36,206 nt of DNA from a virus (lineage: Duplodnaviria; Caudoviricetes): IMG/VR virus record IMGVR_UViG_3300017702_000289, positions 1 through 36,206 of that record. One strand, 5' to 3'. This document shows, one piece after another, positions 8,340 through 16,366 of the stretch. Made by a program: the position numbers and the translations under genes. The notes below the pieces were generated by a model. It saw only the letters and a program-made list of their open reading frames with translations, did no database searches and was not told the origin of the DNA. Numbering within the stretch: the stretch's first letter is position 1; each line of letters begins with the position of its first letter.

Positions 8340-9686
8340 TTACTGCTCCATCATTGTGGCGTGGCCGCGTGCCTTGGTCGCGAGGATGCGGCGGACGGCC
8401 TTTTCTAATTTTGTGTCGGCCTCGAAGACGTCGACGTGGACGTGATCCTTCTGTCCAAGCCTATGGCACCGGGCGTAGAATTGATCCTGCTCCGCCGGGC
8501 TGAAAGTCGTCTCCACGCAGATGATGTGGCTGCCGCCTTGTAGGTTGAGGCTGACGCCCATGGCCTGAATCTGACCGACGAGTATGTCGATGGTGCCAGC
8601 GTTGAAGGCCGAGACGGCGGCTGAACGTCTCGGTGCAGAGGTGCGCCCATCGATGACGGCGACGTTGATGTCTTTGTCGCGCAGCGTCTCGACCAGCAGG
8701 TCGATGGTGTCGTGATGGATGGCACCAACGAGCAGTGGCCTGACACCGGCCTCGACACGGTCGACGATCTCAGAGACTGAGTGCTTGACCTTGGCGACGC
8801 CGATCTTCCGGCGCATGGTAGAGATGTGCTCCTCTTTCTTGCCGATGGCTTCTTGTATTTGGGACAGCGTCTGCTTCTCCATCTCCTTCAGCATCAGGCG
8901 CAACTCAGGGTCGGTGTCGAGCTGCACTCGCAGATGGTTGATGGTGAGCGGAGGCATATTCTCGAACACCTCTCTAAGCTCACGGCGGACGGCGAGTGCA
9001 GCTCGATATTTGCCGCCGTCGAACATCCACTCATTCAGTTCTTCGAGGTTCCGGTTGCCGACGACGACCTCGATGGGAAACCGTTGGCGGGCGGAAAATC
9101 TCTTCCTCTGAGTGATGCAATAGCGCAGGCGGAAACGGCTCATGTCGACCTTGCCGACGCGCTCCTTCATACCGGCGGTGTCGGCGCGGCACAGGAATGT
9201 GAAGAGGTCGTCGGAGTATCTGGTCGACGGCGTACCGGTCAGCAGCCATGTGTGGCCGACACTTTCGCAAAGCCCTCCACGTCCGATGATCGCTTTGGTG
9301 CGCTTGGCCGACGTTGACTTGAGGGCATGGCTCTCGTCGCAGATGAGAACCCTCGCGCCCAGAGCCTTCAGCTCGTCCCGGCGCTTGGTCGCAATCTGGT
9401 AAGACATGATGTAAGCAGTGACGTCGAGATCGAGAGGAGTTTTACCCGCTCTCAAAATCTGTGCCCTGCCGCCTATCCAGCCTTCGTATTCCTCTTTCCA
9501 CATGGACAGGGAAATGGGCGGGCCTACGATAATGGTAATGTCATCGACACCAAAGCTATGGACTAGCTTCACGGCTTCGAGGGCGGTGAGGGTCTTGCCG
9601 CTGCCCATGCCGGAGAAGTTCCCGGCGAAGCGGCGGGCTGCCAGAAAGGCGGCGTCCTCGATTTGATGGGGAAGCAGCTGCTTCAT
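8340..9686 (-). CDS. SNF2-like superfamily 2 helicase
   Basis: GMGSGKT, ICDESH, LLTGTP, GVSLNLQ, Q..ARCHRLGQ. Confidence 0.92.
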   Translation of the reverse strand: MKQLLPHQIEDAAFLAARRFAGNFSGMGSGKTLTALEAVKLVHSFGVDDITIIVGPPISLSMWKEEYEGWIGGRAQILRAGKTPLDLDVTAYIMSYQIATKRRDELKALGARVLICDESHALKSTSAKRTKAIIGRGGLCESVGHTWLLTGTPSTRYSDDLFTFLCRADTAGMKERVGKVDMSRFRLRYCITQRKRFSARQRFPIEVVVGNRNLEELNEWMFDGGKYRAALAVRRELREVFENMPPLTINHLRVQLDTDPELRLMLKEMEKQTLSQIQEAIGKKEEHISTMRRKIGVAKVKHSVSEIVDRVEAGVRPLLVGAIHHDTIDLLVETLRDKDINVAVIDGRTSAPRRSAAVSAFNAGTIDILVGQIQAMGVSLNLQGGSHIICVETTFSPAEQDQFYARCHRLGQKDHVHVDVFEADTKLEKAVRRILATKARGHATMMEQ

Positions 9687-9715
9687 GATTCAACCTCCTG
9701 ATGATGTTCTGATAA

Positions 9716-9907
9716 CTAACCGATCTGCTCGGCGCTGTCAACCTCGTCGCCGGATGGCCCCAAAAGTCGCTTGGCGACACGGGCGTACATCCCATGGCTC
9801 TGCAAGAAGTCGAAGGCTCGCTGCCACGTCATGTGGCCGTCGGCGATGTTCTTCTTCAGGTCGCGGATGAGGGGGGTCTCTGGGAATTTGATTACATTGT
9901 CGTTCAT
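9716..9907 (-). CDS. hypothetical protein, 63 aa
   Basis: MNDNVIKFP start, AAGGAG RBS, ATGA overlap with the upstream gene. Confidence 0.65.
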   Translation of the reverse strand: MNDNVIKFPETPLIRDLKKNIADGHMTWQRAFDFLQSHGMYARVAKRLLGPSGDEVDSAEQIG

Positions 9908-10434
9908 TTTATTTCTCCTTGCTTGCAGATGTAGTGGAGCCGACCGTCGGCATATTTCCTGACTGCCCACCAAGGGCGACCGGCGGCGTCGAACGTCAAG
10001 GCGTCGTCCTCGACGGCGAGCACGTTGTCGAGGACGATGCCCCGCCATGGGGACGACCATGTCCGCATCTCGATGGATACGATCTCGTCGATGTCGACCC
10101 GCTCTTGGCACGCGTACCAGCCTGACGTGTCGCGCTGACCCATGATGCCGGCGTGTCGGATGAGCAGGGTGCGGGTCAGCTCTCCCCAGCCGGCAGCGTC
10201 TGCCTGCTCGATCCACGGCAGGAAGAGGCCGACCTTGAGGCCGATGCGCACATGCGGCACGCTTTTGTGCCGCCCGTCGCTACAGATGCCGGTCGTGCGG
10301 TCCCCACGGGCGTCGCTGGTAGCCCAGACGAAGTCCTTGGGCCAATCCTCGCTCTGAGGGATGGTCGGCACCAGCGCGCCCTCCAGCAGGATGTACGGCA
10401 GGTGCGCGAGGCTTGTGTGGTGATAGAGGATCAT
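9904..10434 (-). CDS. putative ADP-ribosyltransferase-fold protein
   Basis: LYHHTS..HLP.IL..G.L start and FVWATS strand match the H-type ART pattern of DarT/Tpt1-like proteins. Confidence 0.5.
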   Translation of the reverse strand: MILYHHTSLAHLPYILLEGALVPTIPQSEDWPKDFVWATSDARGDRTTGICSDGRHKSVPHVRIGLKVGLFLPWIEQADAAGWGELTRTLLIRHAGIMGQRDTSGWYACQERVDIDEIVSIEMRTWSSPWRGIVLDNVLAVEDDALTFDAAGRPWWAVRKYADGRLHYICKQGEIK

Positions 10435-11297
10435 GCCGCCTGCTCCATCGCCGCCGCCGGCTGGAGGCCGTCGGTGAAGTCGACGGCTTTCTGGGCGTCC
10501 CGCGCTGCGCGGAAGATGGCTTTTTTATCGGCCTTGATGATGCGCAGCCAGCTGGCGAGGTACTGGGCGTGATCCTCGCGGACCTCGCTCTCGATGCCGA
10601 GCTTGGCGCATGTGATCGAGGCATAGATTTCCGCGACCAACTCCTCTTCGCCGTAGCTCAACTTAGAGCGGTCGATGGTGTCTGTCGCGCCCTTCGTCCA
10701 GTGGCCGACCTCATGCAGGGCGGTGCCATAGTACGAAACCGCGCTGTCGAACTGCTCGAAGGTCGGGAGCTGAATGCGGTGCTGGAGCGGAACATAGTAT
10801 GCTCTATCTCCGCCGTGCTCGATCTTCGCGCCGGTCGCCTTGATGTAGGCGTCGGCGTCGGCACAGCGTGCATCAGTATTCATGGCGTCGGGATCGATGA
10901 CCGGAAAATATTTCTCCGGCAGGCCGTCGATCTGCTCTGCGTTGAAGACGGTGTAGGCGCGCATCAGCGGGATCATCTTATCCTCGCCGGAGACCTTGTC
11001 CTTGATCTTGAGGGGCTTGAAGAAGACGACCGTCGTGCCCTTCTCCCCGCCGCGAACCTGACCGCCGACCGACTTGGCCTGCTTGTAGGTCATCCAGTTC
11101 ACGTTGCTGCGGCCCTGCATGGCGAGGATGATGAGGTTGATACCTTTGTAGTGCTGGCCGGTGGCGCGGGTCGGCAGGCCGCCGCCGAGGGAGGCCCAGC
11201 TCTTCTTCCACGCGCCGGTTCCGGCTTCGAGCTGCGCGATGAGCTGGTCGGTTACGAGCTGCTCAACGTCGATCTTTTTCTTGGTACGTTTTGCCAT
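10431..11297 (-). CDS. ardC: ArdC-like antirestriction protein (ssDNA-binding domain plus zincin metallopeptidase)
   Basis: YKGINL, WMTYKQA...GG.VR.GEKG, Y.VFN..Q, AYY.P..H.IQLP, LHEVGHWT, Y..EELVAE, YL.SW. Confidence 0.92.
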   Translation of the reverse strand: MAKRTKKKIDVEQLVTDQLIAQLEAGTGAWKKSWASLGGGLPTRATGQHYKGINLIILAMQGRSNVNWMTYKQAKSVGGQVRGGEKGTTVVFFKPLKIKDKVSGEDKMIPLMRAYTVFNAEQIDGLPEKYFPVIDPDAMNTDARCADADAYIKATGAKIEHGGDRAYYVPLQHRIQLPTFEQFDSAVSYYGTALHEVGHWTKGATDTIDRSKLSYGEEELVAEIYASITCAKLGIESEVREDHAQYLASWLRIIKADKKAIFRAARDAQKAVDFTDGLQPAAAMEQAA

Positions 11298-11299
11298 AA

Positions 11300-11512
11300 T
11301 TAACTTCCCTTCTTTGGGGTGTGGTGCTCGATCCGGCGAACCAGCTCGGCTGCTTCGTCGTCGACATACTTATCAAGGAGGATACGGGCGTCCGACAAAA
11401 TGTCGGCGATGCTGTAAAGTGCCCTCGCCTCTTCCGTTGCCGCCGGGAGAGACTGCGCGATGTAGCGCAGTGTCCCGATGGAGGAAGACTTGTTGCGTAA
11501 GGTGAGGGCCAT
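11300..11512 (-). CDS. hypothetical early protein
   Basis: TAATG coupling with the upstream gene; 70 aa. Confidence 0.6.
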   Translation of the reverse strand: MALTLRNKSSSIGTLRYIAQSLPAATEEARALYSIADILSDARILLDKYVDDEAAELVRRIEHHTPKKGS

Positions 11513-11793
11513 TACGCGATGCGATGCACATGGTTGTCGCTGACGCGCAGCGACACGCTGGTCGAGGTTTTGGAGTACCGCGCGGCGACCTCCGGCAGCT
11601 CGGCCCTGAACGCCTTGCTGTCGATCGTGTTACGGATCGCCTCGACGACGAGGACGCCGACGCCTTCGGTGCCGGGGATGAACGTGCCGACCGGGCGGCT
11701 GGCGAGCAACTTGGCGCGCAGCGCGTTGCGGGACTTGGTCAGCTCTTTGATCTGGACATCTAGATCAAGGAATTGGTCGACTGTCTTTTTCAT
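11512..11793 (-). CDS. early protein resembling the C-terminal domain of YqaJ/Cas4-like phage nucleases
   Basis: AGGAGG RBS sets the start at 11793 (MKKTVDQF); coiled helix then R.TIDSKAFRAELPEV..RY.K. Confidence 0.65.
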   Translation of the reverse strand: MKKTVDQFLDLDVQIKELTKSRNALRAKLLASRPVGTFIPGTEGVGVLVVEAIRNTIDSKAFRAELPEVAARYSKTSTSVSLRVSDNHVHRIA

Positions 11794-11822
11794 AATTAAC
11801 CTCCTGTTGAGTTGATGTAAGA

Positions 11823-11851
11823 ATTGTATCAGATACTGATCGATATGTCTA
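11823..11851 (-). promoter_or_regulatory. sigma70-like leftward early promoter with a palindromic site in the spacer
   Basis: TAGACA-N17-TACAAT on the minus strand; ATCAG-ATA-CTGAT at 11828-11840. Confidence 0.7.
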
Positions 11852-11865
11852 AATCTCATTTCGCG

Positions 11866-11889
11866 AGGGTGCCCGTTTCTGGCACCCCT
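11866..11889 (-). terminator. GC-rich hairpin between the leader ORF and the second early promoter
   Basis: AGGGTGCC...GGCACCCC inverted repeat; no U tract. Confidence 0.4.
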
Positions 11890-11915
11890 AGATGTAAGGA
11901 AAGCGTTGGGGGTTC

Positions 11916-11987
11916 TCAGGCTCGACCTTCTACCAAGCCAGCGATCACGCTCAAAAACCGGTCTATTGTTTGGCAGTCGATGGTCAT
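11916..11987 (-). CDS. possible 23-aa leader peptide
   Basis: GAGGGAG RBS then MTIDCQTIDRFLSVIAGLVEGRA; first ORF after the leftmost-reading promoter. Confidence 0.35.
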   Translation of the reverse strand: MTIDCQTIDRFLSVIAGLVEGRA

Positions 11988-12038
11988 TTGTTTCGTCTCC
12001 CTCGTTGTGTTGATTGTCGTCTGTTCCGTCTCGATACT

Positions 12039-12084
12039 CATATAAGCAGTCAGCAGCTGATTGCAAGAGAGATCAGCATCTGAT
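12039..12084 (-). promoter_or_regulatory. leftward promoter with two palindromic operator-like sites
   Basis: TTGCAA-N16-TATATG on the minus strand; GTCAG-CAG-CTGAT at 12049-12061 and ATCAG-CAT-CTGAT at 12072-12084. Confidence 0.6.
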
Positions 12085-12099
12085 TTGAAAATAATTTTC

Positions 12100-12129
12100 T
12101 TGCCCCTCGGACCGGTCAAGGCCTATCCT
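12100..12129 (+). promoter_or_regulatory. possible rightward promoter for the primase gene
   Basis: TTGCCC-N18-TATCCT upstream of an AGGAGG RBS. Confidence 0.4.
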
Positions 12130-12158
12130 GACGGCCCTGATCCACAGGAGGTTGAATC

Positions 12159-14354
12159 ATGAAAGCCATCGTTAAGGCCGCGCTACGCGTAGCCGAGCAC
12201 TACCCAGTATTCCCCACGAACGACAAAGTCCCGTGCTGGTCGAACGCCGACCTTGGGGTTGGTCGAGGGGAGGGCGGCTACAAAATTGCCAGCCAAAACC
12301 ACGACCGAGTTGTCGAATTATTCAAGCATTCCAGAGCATTAGAGATCGCCGTCCCGATGGGCGCGATGTCGGGGCTGATCGCCGTCGACGTCGACAGCTA
12401 CAAAAACACGCCCGGCATCACCGAATGGGTCGAGGCCAACCGCGAGGTACTGTACGCCACGCGGTCGCACTCGACGCGGTCTGGCGGCACCCATTTCATA
12501 TTCCTGCACCCCGGCGACGACGTCCGGTTCCCGTCGACATTGCGTGAGGGCGTCGACCTCAAGGCCGGCGGCACCGGCTACATCTGCTGGCCCTGCACCA
12601 GGGGGTACCATGTGCTGCACGATAATCCGATCCAGCCGTTCCCGATGGAGCTGTTGCGGGCGGCGATGATCGCCAAGGGCGGCACCGGTTCGATGTCGTC
12701 ATCTCTCGGTAGCTTCAACTCCGCGACCGACGACGAGCTGATCAAGCAGATCGAGGAGGCGACCGAGATATACCCGGCGCTCCGATCACTGGCATGGCGT
12801 ATGCCGGGCAGGCGGCGTGCCAACGGCACCTATATGACCGAGACCGAGATGGTCAATGTGCTGGAGCTGGTAATGGACACCAGCGTCGCGGCTGACGAGG
12901 GTCATCCAAGGCACGATGACTGGCTCGACCGGCGTGGGAAAATTCCTGAGCTGGTCAGCACGGCGAAGGAGAAAGAGGAAGGGGGTGTCGGTCTGACCGA
13001 TGCCGAGATCGCGGCCGTCAGCCGGGGGGAGAGCTTTATGCAGACGACGCAGGAGATAATAGCTGCATCCTCGCGCCCTATAGGCCCTCAGCGCCAACCG
13101 ACGACAGCAGACGTCGAGAAGCGCATCGAGGAAATGAGGGCCTCCAGAAACTCTACGCCGAAGAGCGGGAGGATCGATACCAACGACGCAAGCGACTTCG
13201 TAAGCCTAAACGTAGGCGGGCTAAGAGAGAGCCGTCTGCCCGCTATTGAATACGTTATCCCCCAGATGCTGAGCGTGGGAGGAGTGTGCTCCCTCGCCGG
13301 CGTGTCGAACGTGGGCAAGACGCGCTACATGGCGGCGCTCGTCGTCGCGTTGGCTGTCGGGGACACCGCACGGCTCCGCCTGCCCCAATGCACTGGCAGG
13401 CACAGTACGCTGTACGTCGCGAACGAGGAACACCTCGCAGATATGGCGCGGCGGTTCAAGGCTGTCGCACTGCAGCACGGCGACGAGAACAGCGCCAACA
13501 TCGTCGTACGAGGGAAGGCGGCCGGCACGTTCAGGCTGGTCGTGCCCAACGAGGCCGGCAAGCCTGAGATCGATCTCGACGCCATCGCCGTCCTCGCCGA
13601 CGAGATCAGGGAGGAGGGTGTCACGGTGCTGGCCCTCGACCCCTACGTCACACTGTCCAGCGGCGGCGACGAGAACAGCGCGGACACCGCCTCGATCGTG
13701 AACAGCGCATTCCTAATGCTGATCAAGATGACCGGCGTCTCGGTCATATTCCCGCACCACACGCCCAAGGATCGATCGCGGGATCCCGACGCCTTTCGTG
13801 GATCAGCCGACGCGTGGCGCGGATCAGGCGCGATCTATTCGGGCCTCGATTATGGCTTTACTCTCTGCAACTGGTATCCTCGCAACAAGGATCAACGTAA
13901 GGCGTGGAAAGCTCAATACCTATCAGCCAATTTGTCGAGGTTCGTCGTGTTGGACTGTGGCAAGATCCGGGAAGGCGAGGCCCCCCCTGAGATCATCATG
14001 GAACTGGTGCCACAGGATATGGACGAGGGCGAGGGTGAGGCGATCGGCGTCGTTCGTGTCATCGACGAGGCCACGGCGATGAACACGCTGCTCGACGGCA
14101 CGATTGACGTAATGATCAACAACGAGCTGGCGCTGTCGATGATCAACACCATCGGCGAGGGCACGCATACGAATATGACGCGGCTGCACGGCATGATGAA
14201 GGGCCATCACCTGTGGCCAGACAGCTCGAAGCTGGAGGGAAAACAACGGCTCCTCGACATGTTTGGCGAGGTTTATCGTACGACGAGTGGCAGCGTGCAT
14301 GTGCTGCGAGACGCGAAAGGAAAGTGGCGCGTGATCATAGAGGAAAACGGCTAA
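12159..14354 (+). CDS. primase-polymerase fused to RepA/AAA_25-like helicase
   Basis: Prim-Pol motifs PVFP, IAVDVD, T.SGG.H, GVDLKA.G.GYI; Walker A GVSNVGKT, Walker B LALDP, PHHT.K, WRGSGA. Confidence 0.9.
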   Translation: MKAIVKAALRVAEHYPVFPTNDKVPCWSNADLGVGRGEGGYKIASQNHDRVVELFKHSRALEIAVPMGAMSGLIAVDVDSYKNTPGITEWVEANREVLYATRSHSTRSGGTHFIFLHPGDDVRFPSTLREGVDLKAGGTGYICWPCTRGYHVLHDNPIQPFPMELLRAAMIAKGGTGSMSSSLGSFNSATDDELIKQIEEATEIYPALRSLAWRMPGRRRANGTYMTETEMVNVLELVMDTSVAADEGHPRHDDWLDRRGKIPELVSTAKEKEEGGVGLTDAEIAAVSRGESFMQTTQEIIAASSRPIGPQRQPTTADVEKRIEEMRASRNSTPKSGRIDTNDASDFVSLNVGGLRESRLPAIEYVIPQMLSVGGVCSLAGVSNVGKTRYMAALVVALAVGDTARLRLPQCTGRHSTLYVANEEHLADMARRFKAVALQHGDENSANIVVRGKAAGTFRLVVPNEAGKPEIDLDAIAVLADEIREEGVTVLALDPYVTLSSGGDENSADTASIVNSAFLMLIKMTGVSVIFPHHTPKDRSRDPDAFRGSADAWRGSGAIYSGLDYGFTLCNWYPRNKDQRKAWKAQYLSANLSRFVVLDCGKIREGEAPPEIIMELVPQDMDEGEGEAIGVVRVIDEATAMNTLLDGTIDVMINNELALSMINTIGEGTHTNMTRLHGMMKGHHLWPDSSKLEGKQRLLDMFGEVYRTTSGSVHVLRDAKGKWRVIIEENG

Positions 14355-14429
14355 TGGCGGGACGGCCCGAAATAGACAATAATCTGGCCGTGAGCGGGGC
14401 CGCGTTCCGAGCGTTTCTGCCGTTTTTGG

Positions 14430-14636
14430 CCCGGCTACTAGAAAACGAGGTAGAAAATGAAAATGTTAAACACGCTACGTCAAATTGTCCTTTGTTATCA
14501 AGGGCTACGTCCTACCAGACGCTACTTTGAGGTAGCCTCTGGTAGGAGGGCAATTCTATCAATGTTATCAATGGTTTACCCCTACTACTACGGCTACCCC
14601 CTATTACATAGGGGGCGGTAGCCCCCATGTGTAGGG
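14430..14636. repeat. origin-like non-coding region with CTAC/GTAG repeats and two hairpins
   Basis: About a dozen CTAC/GTAG units; inverted repeats at 14511-14546 and 14592-14623; two TGTTATCAA copies; directly after the primase-helicase. Confidence 0.6.
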
Positions 14637-14640
14637 TCAA

Positions 14641-14928
14641 ATGGAGGTTAGAAAAATGAGAGATGAACGGAAGGCGTTGGCGCATCTTTTGGCGCGCGCG
14701 GAGATTGATCGAGAGAACCTGCTGGCGTCTGTCGAGGCGAATGGTAGGTTCGATACTGCGATCGAGGCACTGGCGGTGTTTTTCTCCTATGTGCTGGCGG
14801 AGTATGATGATGCCGGGGAGGCCGGCCCCTCCGAGCCTAGCGGGTTCCGAGTTGTTTCGGACCCCGACGAGATGTTGCTGCTTTTACTCCAGCAGTGGGA
14901 GCCGTCAGATGGTTGTACTAGGCATTGA
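14641..14928 (+). CDS. hypothetical protein
   Basis: ORF overlapping the resolvase start; GGAGG RBS favours a start at 14656. Confidence 0.5.
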   Translation: MEVRKMRDERKALAHLLARAEIDRENLLASVEANGRFDTAIEALAVFFSYVLAEYDDAGEAGPSEPSGFRVVSDPDEMLLLLLQQWEPSDGCTRH

Positions 14929-15391
14929 CCCCGGCGCGACCGGCGGGTTGGCGGTTGTCAGCACTGATCCCGACCGGCTGCCCATGGTGGAGGAGGCCAT
15001 GCTGATGCCGATGTGCAAGCGAGGCAATAAGAACATCGTCGACGCCGAGACGCTGCACAGGTGGCTACTGGCGTGGTCCATCGATCAGGTCGTGATCGAG
15101 CAGGTCACCGCATTCGGGATGGGTCTGGCCACCGCATTCGCATTTGGCAGGAGCTGCGGATCGGTGGAGACGGTGGCGCAGCTCATATGTCCGCGCATCG
15201 AGTGGGTCACGCCGAATGTTTGGAAGAAACATTTCCAGCTCCCCGGCGGTAAAAGAAACAAGCAGGCCAGCCTCGATCTGGCCAAGCGCAAGTTCGGCGA
15301 GATGCCGGCATGGTCGCTGAAAAAGAACGACGGCATCGCCGAGGCCGCGCTGATGTGCCAGTGGTTCCTCGACAGGAACGCCAGAATGTGA
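14909..15391 (+). CDS. RuvC-like Holliday junction resolvase
   Basis: LGIDPG.TGG, VVIEQV, F.FG...G, VTP..WKK, DG.AEA.L. Confidence 0.9.
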   Translation: MVVLGIDPGATGGLAVVSTDPDRLPMVEEAMLMPMCKRGNKNIVDAETLHRWLLAWSIDQVVIEQVTAFGMGLATAFAFGRSCGSVETVAQLICPRIEWVTPNVWKKHFQLPGGKRNKQASLDLAKRKFGEMPAWSLKKNDGIAEAALMCQWFLDRNARM

Positions 15392-15404
15392 TAAGGCCCA
15401 CGGC

Positions 15405-16160
15405 ATGGCAAAGCATCACTATGTCTATGCTCTAACCGATCCGACCAAGCTCGGTGCGCCCTTCTATATCGGGAAGGGCAGCGGCGATCGGAAGGTTCAG
15501 CATTTTCGCTCAGTCTCCAAGGAGATGGCCGGGGCGGAGACCAGTGCCAAATTCAAACTGATCAAGAGCATCCGCGACAAAGGTTTGCAGCCGGGTGCCA
15601 TCGTCCTGTCGCACCATGACGACGAGGAGGCCGCGCTCAAGGAGGAGCGTAAGGTCATAAAGAGGATTGGCGTCGAGAACCTTGCCAACAAATCAGCCGG
15701 TGGCGAGGGCGTAAAGACCAAGAAGAAACGCAAGGACGATAAGAAGCTGACTGCCAAGCAGGCACATTTCTGCCTACTAGTTGCGGGCGGCACGACCGGA
15801 TCGGTGTCTGACTGTTACCGCGCAGCGTACCCCGGCGGCAAAGCTTCTAAGAAGACAGTCAACGAGGCATCATCGAGGTTGATGGGAAATTGCAAGATTG
15901 CTGCAAGGATTGCTGAGCTGAGAGCGCCCGCCGTCAAGCAAACTCAGTATGATCTGGCATGGTGTCTGCAGCGACAGCGTGACGCAGTGGATTTGGCTGA
16001 GGAGACTGGGAACGCCGGAGCGATGAGCGGCGCGACGCGGGAGATCGGCAAGCTCGGCGGCATCTACCCATCGGAGAAGCAGGAGCTGACCATCAGGGCG
16101 GACGACCTGGCGGTGCGGCTGCAACAGGGCCGAGCACGGTTGGCGGAGGACAAACGATGA
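15405..16160 (+). CDS. GIY-YIG (LEM-3-like) nuclease fused to terminase small subunit
   Basis: N-half YVY.L.DP, FYIGKG..R..QH, E and L.N...GG; C-half LT.KQ..FC, Y..AY, ASSRLM.N.KI.ARI.EL, GKL.G.Y; upstream of TerL. Confidence 0.8.
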   Translation: MAKHHYVYALTDPTKLGAPFYIGKGSGDRKVQHFRSVSKEMAGAETSAKFKLIKSIRDKGLQPGAIVLSHHDDEEAALKEERKVIKRIGVENLANKSAGGEGVKTKKKRKDDKKLTAKQAHFCLLVAGGTTGSVSDCYRAAYPGGKASKKTVNEASSRLMGNCKIAARIAELRAPAVKQTQYDLAWCLQRQRDAVDLAEETGNAGAMSGATREIGKLGGIYPSEKQELTIRADDLAVRLQQGRARLAEDKR

Positions 16161-16366
16161 GGATGGAGCAGAACGAGGGCGTGGGGCCGGGAGAGGCGTC
16201 ACGATCTAACAATCACCGCTGGGGCAACCCCCCGCCGGGCAGCGGCACGATGCAGGTCTGCACCCAGTGCGGCGAGAAAAAGACGGCGTACACCGATCGG
16301 GCTGAGTGCGTCGGCAGGCCGGCGACGGGGCTGGCCGAGACGCTGCACGACTACGAGCCGATATAG
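16157..16366 (+). CDS. small Zn-binding protein
   Basis: GGAGG RBS, ATGA overlap; H.W...CTQC...C motif. Confidence 0.6.
   Translation: MRMEQNEGVGPGEASRSNNHRWGNPPPGSGTMQVCTQCGEKKTAYTDRAECVGRPATGLAETLHDYEPI

Noticed and set aside
10413-11303. 296-aa + strand ORF opposite ardC (and similar antisense ORFs at 22148-23263, 24931-25914, 29277-30497)
   Set aside because: Expected by-product of GC3-rich coding on the other strand
11794-12158. Lysogeny switch with repressor and integrase
   Set aside because: Operator-like sites are present but no CI/Cro or integrase gene is recognisable in the window, so lifestyle cannot be called
14354-14530. Possible short ORF coupled to the primase stop
   Set aside because: Runs through the repeat/hairpin region and looks non-coding; not excluded but unsupported
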